Of a stretch of 64,000 nucleotides of DNA, positions 14,048 to 27,151 are shown piece after piece. Location of the stretch: assembly GCA_963796755.1 (NCBI GenBank), contig CAWCMX010000001.1, positions 1,625,172-1,689,171 of the forward strand. Reading direction: 5' to 3'. The notes under the pieces were generated by a model, which made no database searches, had not been told where the DNA came from, and was given only the letters and a program-made list of their open reading frames with translations. This DNA is from an uncultured Acidimicrobiia bacterium (lineage in GTDB: Bacteria > Actinomycetota > Acidimicrobiia > IMCC26256 > JAENVU01). Each line of letters opens with the position of its first letter. Positions within the stretch are counted from its first letter, which is position 1. The position numbers were made by a program, and so were the translations under genes.

Positions 14048-15251
14048 ATGAGCACCACTGACGACGTGACGTCCGGTACCACCACGATGCCGGACTTCGA
14101 GATCGACCCGGGCGCGCTGCGCCACCTGGCCGACGCGGCCGTGGGGGTCGAGCTCGACACCGGCGACATGATCCTGAACCTCGGCCCGCAGCACCCCGCG
14201 ACCCACGGGACGCTGCGCCTGGTCGTGCGTCTCGACGGCGAGCGCGTGGTCGCCGCGGACCCCGTCATCGGGTACATGCACCGCGGCTACGAGAAGCTCA
14301 GCGAGTTCCGCACGTACCCGCAGATCACGACCCTGATCAACCGCATCGACTGGCTGAGCTCGTTCGCGAACGAGGTCCCGTTCATCCACGGCGCCGAGAT
14401 GCTCATGGAGATCGAGGCACCGCCGCGCGCGCAGTACATCCGCACGATCCTCACCGAGCTGTCGCGCATCGCGACGATCTACCTGTTCCTCGGCGAGATG
14501 GGCCTGCAGGTCGGCGCGCTCACCCCGGCGTTCTGGGGCTTCCGCGACCGCGAGCACGTGCTCAACCTGATCGAGGGTGCGACCGGCGGCCGCTTCCACC
14601 CGAACTTCAACCGCATCGGCGGGCTCAAGGACGACCTGCCCTGGGGTTGGATGGCGGAGTGCCGCGAGGTCATGAAGAAGATCCTCGACGGGTGCGACGA
14701 CTTCGAGGACGTGCTGGTCGGCAACGAGATCTTCGAGGCCCGCACGCGTGGCATCGGCATCGTCCCGACCGAGCTCGGCGCGGCCTACGGCCTTTCGGGC
14801 GCGAACCTGCGCGCCTCGGGCGTGGACTGGGACCTGCGCCGCGACGGCAAGCCCTACCTCGTCTACCCGGAGCTCGACTTCAAGGTCTGGACCCACAGCG
14901 ACGGCGACTCGTTCGCCCGCTACTGGGTGCGGCTCCAGGAGACGCGCGGAGTCCGCCCGGATGGTGCTCCAGATGCTGGACAACATCCCGTCCGGCCCGA
15001 TCATGGCGAAGGTGCCCCGCATCATCAAGGTGCCCGAGGGCGAGGTCTGGGTCGAGACCGAGAACCCGCTCGGCCAGATGGGCTACTACATCGTCTCCAA
15101 GGGCGCGACCGGCCCGTTCCGTGTGAAGATCCGCTCCGCGAGCTTCAGCAACGTCTCGATCCTGCCTTGGTTGCTGCGCGGCGTCTACGTTCCCGATGTC
15201 ATCACGATCCTCGGATCGCTGTACTTCATCCTGGGAGACATTGATCGGTGA
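14048..15251 (+). pseudogene. nuoD: NADH-quinone oxidoreductase subunit D (second operon; one frame switch near 14945)
   Basis: Motifs ILNLGPQHPATHGTLRLV, GYMHRGYEKL, GGRFHPNFNRIGG and, in a second frame, ENPLGQMGYYIVSKG. Ends DIDR followed by TGA 15249-15251. Confidence 0.85.
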
Positions 15252-15258
15252 GCTCGCG

Positions 15259-16284
15259 ATGAGTCTCGCGCTGGAGATCGGCTGGGGGACGACGCTCGCG
15301 ATCAAGACGATCGTCGTGCTGGCGGTCATTCCGCTCGGCGCGCTCATCCTCGGCTACACGTTCCTGCTCAAGATGATGAGCCACATGCAGAGCCGGCTCG
15401 GGCCGATGGACCCCGGCGGCTTCCACGGCTGGTTCCAGCTCGTGGGCGACGGCATGAAGTTCCTCCAGAAGGAGGACATCATGCCGGCGGAAGCCGATCG
15501 CCGGGTGTTCGCGCTGGCGCCGGCGGTCGTCGTGCTCTCGACCTTCCTCGTCTTCCTCGTGATCCCCATCGGTCCACGCCTGGTGGTGAAGGATCTCGAC
15601 GTCGGCGTGTTCTACGCGCTCGCGGTCTCGAGCCTCTCGGTGATCGGCGTGCTGATGGCCGGCTGGGCCAGCGCCAACAAGTTCGCGTTGCTCGGTGCGC
15701 TGCGTGCGGCCGCCCAGCTCATCGCCTACGAGCTGCCCCTGCTGCTCGCAGTCGTCGGCGTCGTGATGCAGGCCGGCACGATGAACCTGCAGGGCATCGT
15801 CCTCGCCCAGCAGAACGGCTCCATCTTCGGCCTCGACTGGATCGGGAACCCGTACATCCTCACGCAGTTCGTCGGGTTCTTCCTCTTCCTCGTCGCCGCG
15901 CAGGCCGAGCTCACCCAGACCCCGTTCGACATGCCCGTCGCCGAGAGCGAGCTGGTCGCGGGCTACATGGTGGAGTACACGGGCTTCCGCTTCCTCTTCT
16001 TCTTCATCGGCGAGTTCGGCACCGCGTTCGCGTTCGCCGCGCTGGCTGCGACCCTGTTCCTCGGCGGCTGGGCCATCCCCGGGGTCCACGGCAACATGGC
16101 CGACCTGCTCGGTCCGTTCGTCGTCTTCGCGAAGCTGATGGCCGTCGCGTTCTTGATGTTCTGGGTGCGGTTCACCTATCCGCGGCTGCGGGAGGACCAG
16201 CTCCAGGCGCTCGCCTGGAAGTTCCTCATCCCCCTCGCGCTGGCCAACATCGTCGTGACCGGCATCCTGAAGGTGGCGCTGTAG
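15259..16284 (+). CDS. nuoH: NADH-quinone oxidoreductase subunit H (second operon, intact)
   Basis: Motifs [55 protein letters not shown] and [18 protein letters not shown]. Confidence 0.9.
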   Translation: MSLALEIGWGTTLAIKTIVVLAVIPLGALILGYTFLLKMMSHMQSRLGPMDPGGFHGWFQLVGDGMKFLQKEDIMPAEADRRVFALAPAVVVLSTFLVFLVIPIGPRLVVKDLDVGVFYALAVSSLSVIGVLMAGWASANKFALLGALRAAAQLIAYELPLLLAVVGVVMQAGTMNLQGIVLAQQNGSIFGLDWIGNPYILTQFVGFFLFLVAAQAELTQTPFDMPVAESELVAGYMVEYTGFRFLFFFIGEFGTAFAFAALAATLFLGGWAIPGVHGNMADLLGPFVVFAKLMAVAFLMFWVRFTYPRLREDQLQALAWKFLIPLALANIVVTGILKVAL

Positions 16285-16286
16285 CC

Positions 16287-16772
16287 ATGGCCCGTCCGAA
16301 GATCCCCGGTGTCATCAGCGGGCTCGGTGTCACGTTCCGCACCATGCTCGAAGGTGCGGTCACCGTGCAGTACCCCCATGAGAAGGAGGATCCGCCGCCC
16401 GCCGCGCGTGGCGTCATCGCGCTCAAGGAGGAGAACTGCACGGTGTGCATGCTGTGCGCACGTCAGTGCCCGGACTGGTGCATCTACATCGAGGGTCACA
16501 AGGAGCAGCGTCCGCCGCGCCGTGAGGGTGGAAGGCCGCGCACGGTCAGCATCCTCGACCGGTTCGACATCGACTACGCGCTCTGCATGTACTGCGGGAT
16601 CTGCGTCGAGGTGTGCCCGTTCGACGCGCTGTTCTGGAGCCCCGAGTACGAGTACTCCGAGCCGAACATCGCCAAGCTGCTCCACGACAAGGAGAAGCTC
16701 GGCGAGTGGATGGAGACGGTGCCCGAGCCCGAGCCGCTCGAGCTCGGTGCGGAAGTCAAGGGTAAGAAGTAG
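16287..16772 (+). CDS. nuoI: NADH-quinone oxidoreductase subunit I (second operon, intact)
   Basis: Two 4Fe-4S motifs, [12 protein letters not shown] and [12 protein letters not shown]. Confidence 0.9.
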   Translation: MARPKIPGVISGLGVTFRTMLEGAVTVQYPHEKEDPPPAARGVIALKEENCTVCMLCARQCPDWCIYIEGHKEQRPPRREGGRPRTVSILDRFDIDYALCMYCGICVEVCPFDALFWSPEYEYSEPNIAKLLHDKEKLGEWMETVPEPEPLELGAEVKGKK

Positions 16773-17263
16773 TGGTCGTTCAGAACGTCGTCTTCTGGAT
16801 CCTCGCGGTCGGAATGGTGCTGGCCGCGATCGGCGTGGTGCGCTCACAGAACGTGGTGCACGCCGCGCTGTACCTGGTCGTCGTGCTCGGCGGCGGTGCG
16901 GCCCAGTACATCCTGCTCGCGGCCGAGTTCGTCGCCTGGGTGCAGGTGCTGATCTACATCGGCGCCGTCATCATCCTGTTCCTCTTCGGCATCATGCTCA
17001 CGCGGGCCCCGATGGGCGGCGACACCAACCTCGACAACGACCAGCGCTGGCCGGCCGCCGTCGTCTCGGTGTTCCTCCTCGGTGTGCTCGCGACGCTGCT
17101 CGTCGACGCCTTCTCCGACAAGAAGATCGTCCTGCACTCGCCGACGCAGACGTCCCAGGTCTCGAACCTCATCTTCAAGACCTACGTCGTCCCGTTCGAG
17201 GTCATCTCGATCCTGCTGCTCGCCGCGCTCGTCGGCGCCGTCGTGATCGCGCGGAGGGACTAG
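16772..17263 (+). CDS. nuoJ: NADH-quinone oxidoreductase subunit J (second operon, intact)
   Basis: The GTG shares one base with the nuoI TAG. Membrane protein with motifs [31 protein letters not shown] and [15 protein letters not shown]. Confidence 0.85.
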   Translation: MVVQNVVFWILAVGMVLAAIGVVRSQNVVHAALYLVVVLGGGAAQYILLAAEFVAWVQVLIYIGAVIILFLFGIMLTRAPMGGDTNLDNDQRWPAAVVSVFLLGVLATLLVDAFSDKKIVLHSPTQTSQVSNLIFKTYVVPFEVISILLLAALVGAVVIARRD

Positions 17264-17270
17264 CGGACCC

Positions 17271-17570
17271 ATGATCCTCAACCAGTTCCTCGTCCTGGCC
17301 GCCGCGCTCTTCTGCATCGGCGTCTACGGCGTGCTCGCCCGGCGCAACGGCGTGCTCGTCCTCATGAGCGTCGAGCTCATGCTCAACGCGGTCAACCTCA
17401 ACCTGATCGCGTTCTCCGCGTACCTGCACCGGGTCTCCGGCCAGGTGTTCGCACTGTTCGTCATCACGATCGCCGCCGCCGAAGTCGGCGTGGGCCTCGC
17501 CATCGTCCTGCTCATCTATCGGAACTTGCACAGTCCCGATCTCGACCAGGTCGACCAGCTGAGGGGCTGA
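17271..17570 (+). CDS. nuoK: NADH-quinone oxidoreductase subunit K (second operon, intact)
   Basis: 99 aa with motif [16 protein letters not shown]. By eye about half identical to the nuoK at 6687-7010. Confidence 0.9.
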   Translation: MILNQFLVLAAALFCIGVYGVLARRNGVLVLMSVELMLNAVNLNLIAFSAYLHRVSGQVFALFVITIAAAEVGVGLAIVLLIYRNLHSPDLDQVDQLRG

Positions 17571-17577
17571 CGCACTG

Positions 17578-19650
17578 ATGCTCAATTACGCCTGGATCAT
17601 TCCGGCCATCCCCGCGCTCTCCTTCGTCCTCATCCTGTTCTTCGGGAAGCGGCTGCCGAAGCACGGCTCCGAGATCGGCATCACCGCGCTCAGCATCTCG
17701 TTCGTGCTCGCCTGCATCACCGCGGTGCAGTGGATCCAGCACGTCAACGACGCCGAGGGCAAGTCCGCGGGCGGCGTGCTCCAGGCGTTCGGCAAGGGCT
17801 TCCTCGCGCACAGCGGCGATCACGAGACCGTGGTCAAGCCGGTGATCAATACGGTGACGTGGTGGCAGAACGGCGGCGTGAAGTTCACCATCGGCACCCA
17901 GATCGACGGCCTCGCGGTGATGATGCTCTTCGTCGTCACCCTGATCTCGCTGCTCGTGCACATCTACTCCACGAGCTACATGCACGGCGACACGCGCTTC
18001 ACCTACTTCTACGCCGCGCTGAGCCTCTTCAGCTTCTCGATGCTCCTCCTCGTGGTCGCCTCGAACACCCTCGAGCTGCTGACCGGCTGGGAGCTCGTCG
18101 GCCTGTGCTCCTTCATGCTCATCGGGCACTGGTGGGAAGAGCACGCGAACTCCAGCGCCGCACTGAAGGCCTTTCTCACCACCCGCACCGGCGACATCGG
18201 CCTCATGCTCGGCGTCATCGTGACGTTCTTCGCCGCCGGCAAGACGTTCAACATCGTCGGCATCAACGAAGCTGCGCTGCAGGTGAAGGGCGGGCACACC
18301 ATCTGGCTGGTCGGTGCCACCTGCCTCCTCGTCGGCATCATCGGCAAGAGCGGTCAGTTCCCGCTGCACACCTGGCTGCCGGATGCCATGGCCGGCCCGA
18401 CCCCGGTCTCCGCGCTCATCCACGCCGCGACGATGGTCGTCGCCGGCGTGTACCTCGGTGCCCGCGTCTACAGCGTGTTCTGGGAGGGCTTCTCGATCTC
18501 GGCCGGCGGGGTCAACCTGATGGCGCTGGTCGGCGGCGTCACGATCATCATCGGTGCCGCGCTCGCGTTCGTGCAGGACGACATCAAGAAGGTCCTCGCG
18601 TACTCGACGATCAGCCAGCTCGGCTACATGGTCATGGCGCTCGGCGTCGGCGCGTGGACCGGTGCGGTCTTCCACCTCTTCACCCACGCGTTCTTCAAGG
18701 CGCTGCTGTTCCTCGGCGCCGGCTCGGTCAGCCACTCGGGCTCGCACCACTCCTTCGACATGAAGAAGGACATGGGCGGGCTGCGCAAGTACATGCCGAT
18801 CACGTTCTGGACGTTCATGATCGGGTCGCTCGCGCTCGCCGGGGTGTTCCCGCTGGCGGGCTTCTGGTCGAAGGACGAGATCCTCGCCGGCGCGGGGCAG
18901 GGCAACTACACGGTCTTCATGGTGATCGGGCTCGTCGGTGCCGTGATGACAGCGGCGTACATGACCCGGTGCGTGTGGCTCACGTTCTTCGGGGAGTTCC
19001 GGGGCCACGGTGAGCCCCACGAGTCGCCCCGCTCGATCACCGTCCCGCTCGTCGTGCTCGCGTGCTTCAGCGTCGTGGCCGGCTTCGCGAACGCCAGCGC
19101 CTTCGGCATCGACTCGTTCGCCAAGTACGTCGAGCCGAAGTTCGCGTTCCCGCCGGTGATCACCCCAGACTTCGACGTCACGCTCGCTGCCGTCTCCTTC
19201 TTCCTCGTCGTCATCTCCCTCGGGATCGCAGCCGTGTTCTGGCTCGATCGCAAGGAGCTGCAGGCGCTGAAGGGGCTGACCGACCGCAACGCCGCGGCCA
19301 AGGCCGGCCACACGTTCCTCGTCAACAAGTACTACCTGGACCACCTGTACGAGGGGAAGATCGTCGCCGGCATCAAGGGCCCGATCGCCCGCGCCGCGTA
19401 CTGGGTCAACCAGACCGTGATCGACGGGGTCGTGAACTCAGCCGGTCGGGGTGCCACCGCGCTCGGGCGTGGCACCTATCGCATCCTCGACCAGGAAGTC
19501 GTCGACGGCGCGGTGAACGGCATCGCCAACGAGACCGGCAATGCCGGCGGCCTCCTCAGCTACGTCCAGTCGGGGCGCGTGCAGCGGTACGCGCTCATCC
19601 TCTTCGCATCAGTGGGGCTGCTCGCCCTGCTGCTCGTGATCTTCAGTTGA
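17578..19650 (+). CDS. nuoL: NADH-quinone oxidoreductase subunit L (second operon, intact)
   Basis: 690 aa with motifs GWELVGLCSFMLIGHWW, GQFPLHTWLPDAMAGPTPVSALIHAATMV and STISQLGYMV. Confidence 0.9.
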   Translation: MLNYAWIIPAIPALSFVLILFFGKRLPKHGSEIGITALSISFVLACITAVQWIQHVNDAEGKSAGGVLQAFGKGFLAHSGDHETVVKPVINTVTWWQNGGVKFTIGTQIDGLAVMMLFVVTLISLLVHIYSTSYMHGDTRFTYFYAALSLFSFSMLLLVVASNTLELLTGWELVGLCSFMLIGHWWEEHANSSAALKAFLTTRTGDIGLMLGVIVTFFAAGKTFNIVGINEAALQVKGGHTIWLVGATCLLVGIIGKSGQFPLHTWLPDAMAGPTPVSALIHAATMVVAGVYLGARVYSVFWEGFSISAGGVNLMALVGGVTIIIGAALAFVQDDIKKVLAYSTISQLGYMVMALGVGAWTGAVFHLFTHAFFKALLFLGAGSVSHSGSHHSFDMKKDMGGLRKYMPITFWTFMIGSLALAGVFPLAGFWSKDEILAGAGQGNYTVFMVIGLVGAVMTAAYMTRCVWLTFFGEFRGHGEPHESPRSITVPLVVLACFSVVAGFANASAFGIDSFAKYVEPKFAFPPVITPDFDVTLAAVSFFLVVISLGIAAVFWLDRKELQALKGLTDRNAAAKAGHTFLVNKYYLDHLYEGKIVAGIKGPIARAAYWVNQTVIDGVVNSAGRGATALGRGTYRILDQEVVDGAVNGIANETGNAGGLLSYVQSGRVQRYALILFASVGLLALLLVIFS

Positions 19651-19702
19651 ACCTCGTGAGCAACAAAGCGGCGTTCGTGTTCCTCGTGTGGGAAGGACAG
19701 AG

Positions 19703-21242
19703 ATGAACTGGTTCCGGGAGTGGGCACTGACCCTGGTGATCTTCTTGCCGGCGGTCGGGATGGCCATCATCCTCCTGCTTCCGAAGGCCGAGGAGACCGC
19801 GGCCAAGGTGATCGCGCTGGCCACGACGCTCGTGACCTTCGGCATCGGCATCGGGATCGCCTTCGACTTCAACTACAGCCACTCATCGCGGCTGCAGTTC
19901 GTGGCGAACGAGCCGTGGATCGACGTCATCAAGGCCCGGTACCACCTCGGTCTCGACGGCATCTCGCTGCCGTTGCTGCTCCTGTCGATGTTCGTGACGG
20001 TCCTGTGCGTCATCTACTCGTGGAACCACTGGCCGGATCCGCAGAACCCGAAGGCGTTCCTCGCGCTGATCCTGCTCCTCGAAGTGGGCATGAACGGCAC
20101 GTTCCTGGCCCAGGACCTGATCCTCTTCTTCATCTTCTTCGAGGTCGTCCTGCTCCCGATGTTCTTCATGATCGGGGTCTGGGGCGGTCCCAACCGCGAG
20201 TACGCGTCGATCAAGTTCTTCCTCTTCACCTTGTTCGGGTCCGCGCTCGATGCTGCTGGGGTTCCTGGCGCTGTTCTTCCTCGAGGGCACGTTCCAGATC
20301 CCCGCCCTGACGCTCAAGGGCGGCAGCGACATCGTGCGCGTCACCCAGGACCTGATCTTCGCCGGGCTCTTCCTCGGCTTCGCGATCAAGGTGCCGATGT
20401 TCCCGTTCCACACGTGGCTCCCTGATGCCCATACCGAGGCACCGACCGTGGGCTCGGTGCTGCTGGCGGCCATCCTCCTGAAGCTCGGGGCCTACGGCTT
20501 CATCCGCATCGCGCTGCCCATCCTCCCGAAGGCCGCGCACGACTGGGCCCCCTGGATCGGCTTGTTAGCGGTCATCGGCATCATCTACGGCGCGCTCTGC
20601 TGTCTGGCCCAGACGGACATGAAGCGGCTGATCGCCTTCTCCTCGGTCTCCCACATGGGCTTCGTCATGCTCGGCATCGCGACGCTCACCACGTTCGGCA
20701 TCAACGCGGCGATCTTCGGCATGGTCGCCCACGGTCTCATCACCGGCATGCTGTTCTTCGTCACCGGATCCGTGCAGCACACCTACGGCACCAGACAGAT
20801 CTCCAGACTCGGGGGTCTGCTCAAACAGGCCCCGAAGATGGGCTGGATCCTGGGCTTCGCCGTGATGGCGTCGCTCGGGCTCCCCGGCCTGGCCGGGTTC
20901 TGGGGTGAGTTCCCCGCCGTGCTGTCCGCGTACAGCCCCGCGCAACAGGCCATGGGCCTCTTCGGTGGCAATCCGGACCCGACGTTCCGGATCTACATGG
21001 TCATCGCCGCGGTCGGCACGGTGCTCGCAGCCGGCTACCTGCTCTGGATGTACCAGCGGGTCGCGTTCGGCGAGCCGAAGCCGGAGTTCGCGGACGCGCA
21101 CCTGCACGACGTCACCATCTACGAGTGGATCGCGTGGACGCCGATGCTGCTCGGCATCCTGGTCCTCGGCATCTACCCGAACATCATCTTCCACGTCACG
21201 GACCCGACCGTGACCCGGCTGACCCAGCTCATCGGACACTAG
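19703..21242 (+). pseudogene. nuoM: NADH-quinone oxidoreductase subunit M (second operon; one frame switch near 20250)
   Basis: ATG preceded by GGAAGGA. Motifs FFEVVLLPMFFMIGVWG and VPMFPFHTWLPDAHTEAPTVGSVLLAAILLKLGAYG lie in two frames. Confidence 0.85.
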
Positions 21243-21253
21243 GTAGTGCATTC

Positions 21254-22720
21254 GTGAACACTGGTTGGGACTTCCATGCGATCGCGCCGGAGATCATCAT
21301 CTCCGCGACGATCATCGTCGTCCTGATCGCGGACTTCTTCTTCGAGTACCGGCGTCGGTTCCAGACCTCGCAGATCGCCACGATCGGGGTGCTCGCCGCG
21401 CTCGTGCCGGTGGCGACCCTGGCGGTCGACGGTGGGACTCGTCAGATGTTCAGCGGTGCGTTCGTCTCCGACCCGTACTCGATCGCGCTCACCGGGTTCT
21501 TCCTGGCCGCCGCGTACGTGACGTTGTTGCTCTCGGTCGACTACATCGGCGACGGCGACTACTACCAGGGCGAGTTCTACGTCCTCATGCTGACGTCCCT
21601 GCTCGGCATGATGGTCATGACCTCGGCCCGCGACCTGATCACGATCTTCGTGGCGCTCGAGACGATCTCGATCCCGACGTTCGTGCTCGCGGGCTGGCGC
21701 AAGCACGATCCGAAGTCGAACGAGGCGGCGATCAAGTACTACCTGATCGGTGTGCTCTCCTCCGCGATCATGTTGTACGGCATGTCGCTGGTGTTCGGGC
21801 TCACCGGCTCCACCATGTTGCGGGACATCGCACTGGAGATCCCGCGCTCCCCGCACCAGTCGCTGCTCATCGTCGCGGCGTTCCTCACCATCGTGGGCTT
21901 CGCGTTCAAGATCAGCGCGGTCCCGTTCCACTTCTGGGCCCCGGACACGTACGAAGGCGCGCCCACTCCGGTGACCGCGTTCCTCTCGGTCTCCTCCAAG
22001 GCCGGCGGGTTCGTCGCGCTGCTCTCGGTCATCTTCTTCGGGTTCTTCACCGTCCCGGACAGCTGGCAACCGGTGCTGTGGATCCTCGCGGCGGCGTCGA
22101 TCATCCTCGGAAACCTCGCCGCGCTGCGCCAGACGAACATCGTGCGCATGCTGGCGTACTCGTCGATCGCGCAGGGTGGGTTCATCCTCGTGCCGTTCGC
22201 GGTGGCGCCCGACGGCAATGCCGCGCAGTCGTCGTTCGAAGCCGTCGTCATCTACCTGTTGATCTACGGCGCGATGAACCTCGGCGCCTTCGCCTGCGTC
22301 ATCACCTTCGCCCGCCGGACCCGTTCCGCGGATATCTCCACCTACGGCGGGCTCGGGTCGTACGCGCCCGGCTTCGCGGTCGTGATGAGCGTCTTCCTCC
22401 TCTCGCTCGCGGGGATCCCGCCGCTCGCCGGGTGGTTCGCCAAGTTCGTGATGTTCCGATCGGTGCTGGACGCCGGCACGCCGGGCGCGACCGTGCTCGG
22501 CGTGATCGCCGCGGTCATGTCGGTCGTCGCGTTCTTCTATTACATGCGCGTCGTCCGGGAGATGTGGTTCCACCCCGTCCCGGACTCCATCGAGGCGAAG
22601 CCGATGCAGATCCCGTTCGCGCTCAATGCCGCGATGGGCATCTGCGCGGTGGTCGTGTTCGTCGTCGGCGTGTACCCGCAGGTCTTCGCCCGGATCGGCC
22701 AGCTCGCCGCCGGCGGGTAG
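21254..22720 (+). CDS. nuoN: NADH-quinone oxidoreductase subunit N (second operon, intact)
   Basis: GTG start. Motifs DLITIFVALETISIPTFVLAGW, SAVPFHFWAPDTYEGAPTPVTAFLS and IVRMLAYSSIAQGGFIL. Confidence 0.9.
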   Translation: MNTGWDFHAIAPEIIISATIIVVLIADFFFEYRRRFQTSQIATIGVLAALVPVATLAVDGGTRQMFSGAFVSDPYSIALTGFFLAAAYVTLLLSVDYIGDGDYYQGEFYVLMLTSLLGMMVMTSARDLITIFVALETISIPTFVLAGWRKHDPKSNEAAIKYYLIGVLSSAIMLYGMSLVFGLTGSTMLRDIALEIPRSPHQSLLIVAAFLTIVGFAFKISAVPFHFWAPDTYEGAPTPVTAFLSVSSKAGGFVALLSVIFFGFFTVPDSWQPVLWILAAASIILGNLAALRQTNIVRMLAYSSIAQGGFILVPFAVAPDGNAAQSSFEAVVIYLLIYGAMNLGAFACVITFARRTRSADISTYGGLGSYAPGFAVVMSVFLLSLAGIPPLAGWFAKFVMFRSVLDAGTPGATVLGVIAAVMSVVAFFYYMRVVREMWFHPVPDSIEAKPMQIPFALNAAMGICAVVVFVVGVYPQVFARIGQLAAGG

Positions 22721-22723
22721 CAC

Positions 22724-23866
22724 GTGCCCACGTCCGGGCTCGCGGCGCGGATCCACCGGAGCGGGCCGGTTCCGTTCAGCACCTTTGTCGACGCCGCGCT
22801 GTACGACCCGGAGTCCGGGTTCTTCGCGCGTGGCCGGGGTGCGGGCCGGGCCGGCGGTGACTTCGTCACCAGTCCCGAGGTCGGTCCACTGTTCGGCGCG
22901 TGCGTGGCGCGGGCACTGGACCGGTGGTGGCACGAGCTCGGCGACCCCGACCCGTTCGTCGTCATGGAAGCGGGCGCCGGAACCGGTCGGCTGTGCCGCG
23001 AGGTGCTGCGGGCCGCGCCCGAGTGCGCGCCCGCGCTCCGGTACGTCCTGGTCGAACGAGCGGACGCGTTGCGCGAGGCGCAGCGCGAGCTGCTCACCGT
23101 CGAGCCGTTCGAGTACGCGCTGGGCCCGTCGACCCCCGACGTCGACGGCATGCCGCAGCCGGTCGAGGAGAGCGGCCCGATCGTCAGCGCGCTCGACGAG
23201 CTCCCCGCACTCACGATGGACGGCGTCATCCTCGCGAACGAGCTCCTGGACAACCTCGCGTTCGACCTGGTGCAGCGGACCGACGACGGCTGGCTCGAGA
23301 TCCGGGTCGGGGTGACCGACGCGGGGGCCTTCTACGAGGTGCCGGTCCGCGCCTCCGAAGAGATCGTGAGCTGGCTCGACGGGCTCGAGGTGCCGACGGG
23401 GACTCGCCTCCCGGTGCAGCACGCGGCCGGTGAGTGGATCGACGAGTGTGCGACGCGCCTGCGCCGCGGCGTGGTGCTGATCATCGACTACGCCGCCGAG
23501 CTCGACGACCTGGTGAGACGCGGTGACGGTTGGCTGCGGACCTATCGGGATCACGCGCGCGGTGATGACCCGCTCGACGATCCCGGGGTACAGGACATCA
23601 CGACGGATGTGCTGCTCCCGACGCTGCGCCGGGAAGCCCGGCGCGCGGGGTTCACGGTGACGTCGGAGTCGAGCCAGGCGGAGTGGTTGCGCACCCTCGG
23701 GATCGACGACCTGGTCGAGGAGGGCCGCCGGACCTGGGAGGCCGGCGCCGCCCGCGGCGACCTCGAGGCCCTCGCCGGTCGCAGCCGGACCACCGAGGCC
23801 GCGGCGCTCACGGATCCGGACGGCCTCGGCGCACACACGGTCGTCGTCCTCACCAAGCACCGCTGA
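22724..23866 (+). CDS. SAM-dependent methyltransferase, MidA/NDUFAF7 (DUF185, COG1565)-like
   Basis: 380-aa intact ORF whose GTG lies 3 nt after the nuoN stop. N-terminal block [20 protein letters not shown]...[18 protein letters not shown] and GAGTG in [11 protein letters not shown] match my memory of the MidA family. Confidence 0.65.
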   Translation: MPTSGLAARIHRSGPVPFSTFVDAALYDPESGFFARGRGAGRAGGDFVTSPEVGPLFGACVARALDRWWHELGDPDPFVVMEAGAGTGRLCREVLRAAPECAPALRYVLVERADALREAQRELLTVEPFEYALGPSTPDVDGMPQPVEESGPIVSALDELPALTMDGVILANELLDNLAFDLVQRTDDGWLEIRVGVTDAGAFYEVPVRASEEIVSWLDGLEVPTGTRLPVQHAAGEWIDECATRLRRGVVLIIDYAAELDDLVRRGDGWLRTYRDHARGDDPLDDPGVQDITTDVLLPTLRREARRAGFTVTSESSQAEWLRTLGIDDLVEEGRRTWEAGAARGDLEALAGRSRTTEAAALTDPDGLGAHTVVVLTKHR

Positions 23867-23882
23867 CCCGCCCCACCGTCCT

Positions 23883-23921
23883 GGCGTCAGGAGGACACCT
23901 CGGCGGTGCCCTCCTGACGCC
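23883..23921 (+). terminator. stem-loop after the nuo/MidA unit (12-bp perfect stem, 15-nt loop, no U-tract)
   Basis: GGCGTCAGGAGG (23883-23894) pairs with CCTCCTGACGCC (23910-23921), starting 17 nt after the stop at 23866. Confidence 0.45.
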
Positions 23922-23973
23922 GAAATCGGGAGCAGAGGTAGATTCCGGGTCCGGGCCGAAGAGGGGGAACCAG

Positions 23974-25938
<1,965 letters not shown>

Positions 25939-25942
<4 letters not shown>

Positions 25943-26430
25943 AGGGCTCGGCACCGGAGCACTGGACGTGGCGTGACGGTCCGGTCGAGCCGGGACCGTC
26001 GGTCGTCGTCGACATCGACGGTGTGCTCTCCGATGCCGCGACCCGCCAGCACTACCTCGAGGCGCCGCGCCGCGACTGGCAGGCGTTCTTCGACGTGTGC
26101 GGCGACGACCCGGTCATCGAGGAGATGCGCGTGCTCCTCGACCTCCTCGAGCCCGCGATCCGGGTCATCCTGCTCACGGCCCGCCCCGCGCGGGTGCACC
26201 ACCTGACCGCGGCGTGGCTCGAGCGCTACAAGATCCGGTGGAACCTGCTCATCATGCGCGCCTGGGGCGACTACGAGCTCTCGAAGGACTTCAAGCAGTC
26301 CTCGCTCTGGGACCTTCGCGAATACGGCTTCGACGTGCGGCTCGGGATCGAGGACGACCGCCGCAACGTCGCGATGCTGCGCGCCGAAGGCGTCCCCTGC
26401 ATCTACTTCCACTCGGGCTACTACGACTGA
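25939..26430 (+). CDS. HAD-superfamily phosphatase-like protein
   Basis: 163-aa intact ORF whose GTG overlaps the acs stop (GTGA). DxDG motif in [11 protein letters not shown], and later GIEDD. Function not assignable by eye. Confidence 0.45.
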
Positions 26431-26458
26431 AGCCCGTCGCCCTTCGCCCCGAAACGGG

Positions 26459-27100
26459 TCAGAGGGTGTGCAGGTGCGCGGCGTCGTTGTAGCGCACGAG
26501 CCGCCAGTCCGCTCCGCTGAGCCGCCACTCGGTCAGTGACGTGTTCGTGGTCTCGTGCGTGAACGAGTTGCCGTCGCGGATCGGGAGGTTGCCGAGGGCG
26601 ACGAAGCTCGCCCCGATGATCCCGCCGTGGCAGACGACGACCACGCGCTGGCCCGGGTGCTCATCCGCGATGCGCCGGAGCCGGCCGCCCGCGCGCACGT
26701 AGAACTCGGCCCACGACTCGGAGCCGGGTGCCCGGCGGAGGAACGGATTGCCCGCGTCGCCGGCCCACGGGTACTTCTCCCGGTACTCGGGCCAGGTCAG
26801 CCCCTCGGCCTCGCCCGGGTGGATCTCGCACCAGTCGCACTCGCGCTGCGGCGTGACACCCCCGAGCACCGGGGCGAGGATCGTGGCGGTCTCGATCGCC
26901 CGCTCCAGGATGCTCGTGTACACGACGTCGATGGTCCCGAGCTCCCCGGTCGCGGCGAGCCGGTCCCGCAGCGCCGTCGCCTGGGACCGGCCGAGGTCCG
27001 ACAGCCCACGGCACGCGGAGTGGCCCGACACGTAGCCCTGCTCCTGCGCGTCGGATTCGCCGTGCCGGATGAGGACGAGCCGCGTGTCGGTGGGAGTCAT
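26459..27100 (-). CDS. histidine phosphatase family protein (phosphoglycerate mutase-like)
   Basis: Motifs LVLIRHGESDAQ and VVVVCHGGIIGA. I prefer the ATG at 27100 over the GTG ORF start at 27139. Confidence 0.75.
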   Translation of the reverse strand: MTPTDTRLVLIRHGESDAQEQGYVSGHSACRGLSDLGRSQATALRDRLAATGELGTIDVVYTSILERAIETATILAPVLGGVTPQRECDWCEIHPGEAEGLTWPEYREKYPWAGDAGNPFLRRAPGSESWAEFYVRAGGRLRRIADEHPGQRVVVVCHGGIIGASFVALGNLPIRDGNSFTHETTNTSLTEWRLSGADWRLVRYNDAAHLHTL

Positions 27101-27151
27101 GGCAGAGAACTTAGGGAATGGCGGCGGTGGTCGACGCACATTTCGAGGGTG

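Noticed and set aside
21239-23860. An 873-aa ORF on the minus strand, and many other long antisense or out-of-frame ORFs (e.g. 13667-15028 -, 2763-4196 -, 36292-37920 -, 45624-47240 -).
   Set aside because: They are Arg/Pro/Gly/Asp-rich shadow frames typical of about 70% GC DNA. They fully overlap genes with strong family signatures on the other strand and have no recognisable motifs.
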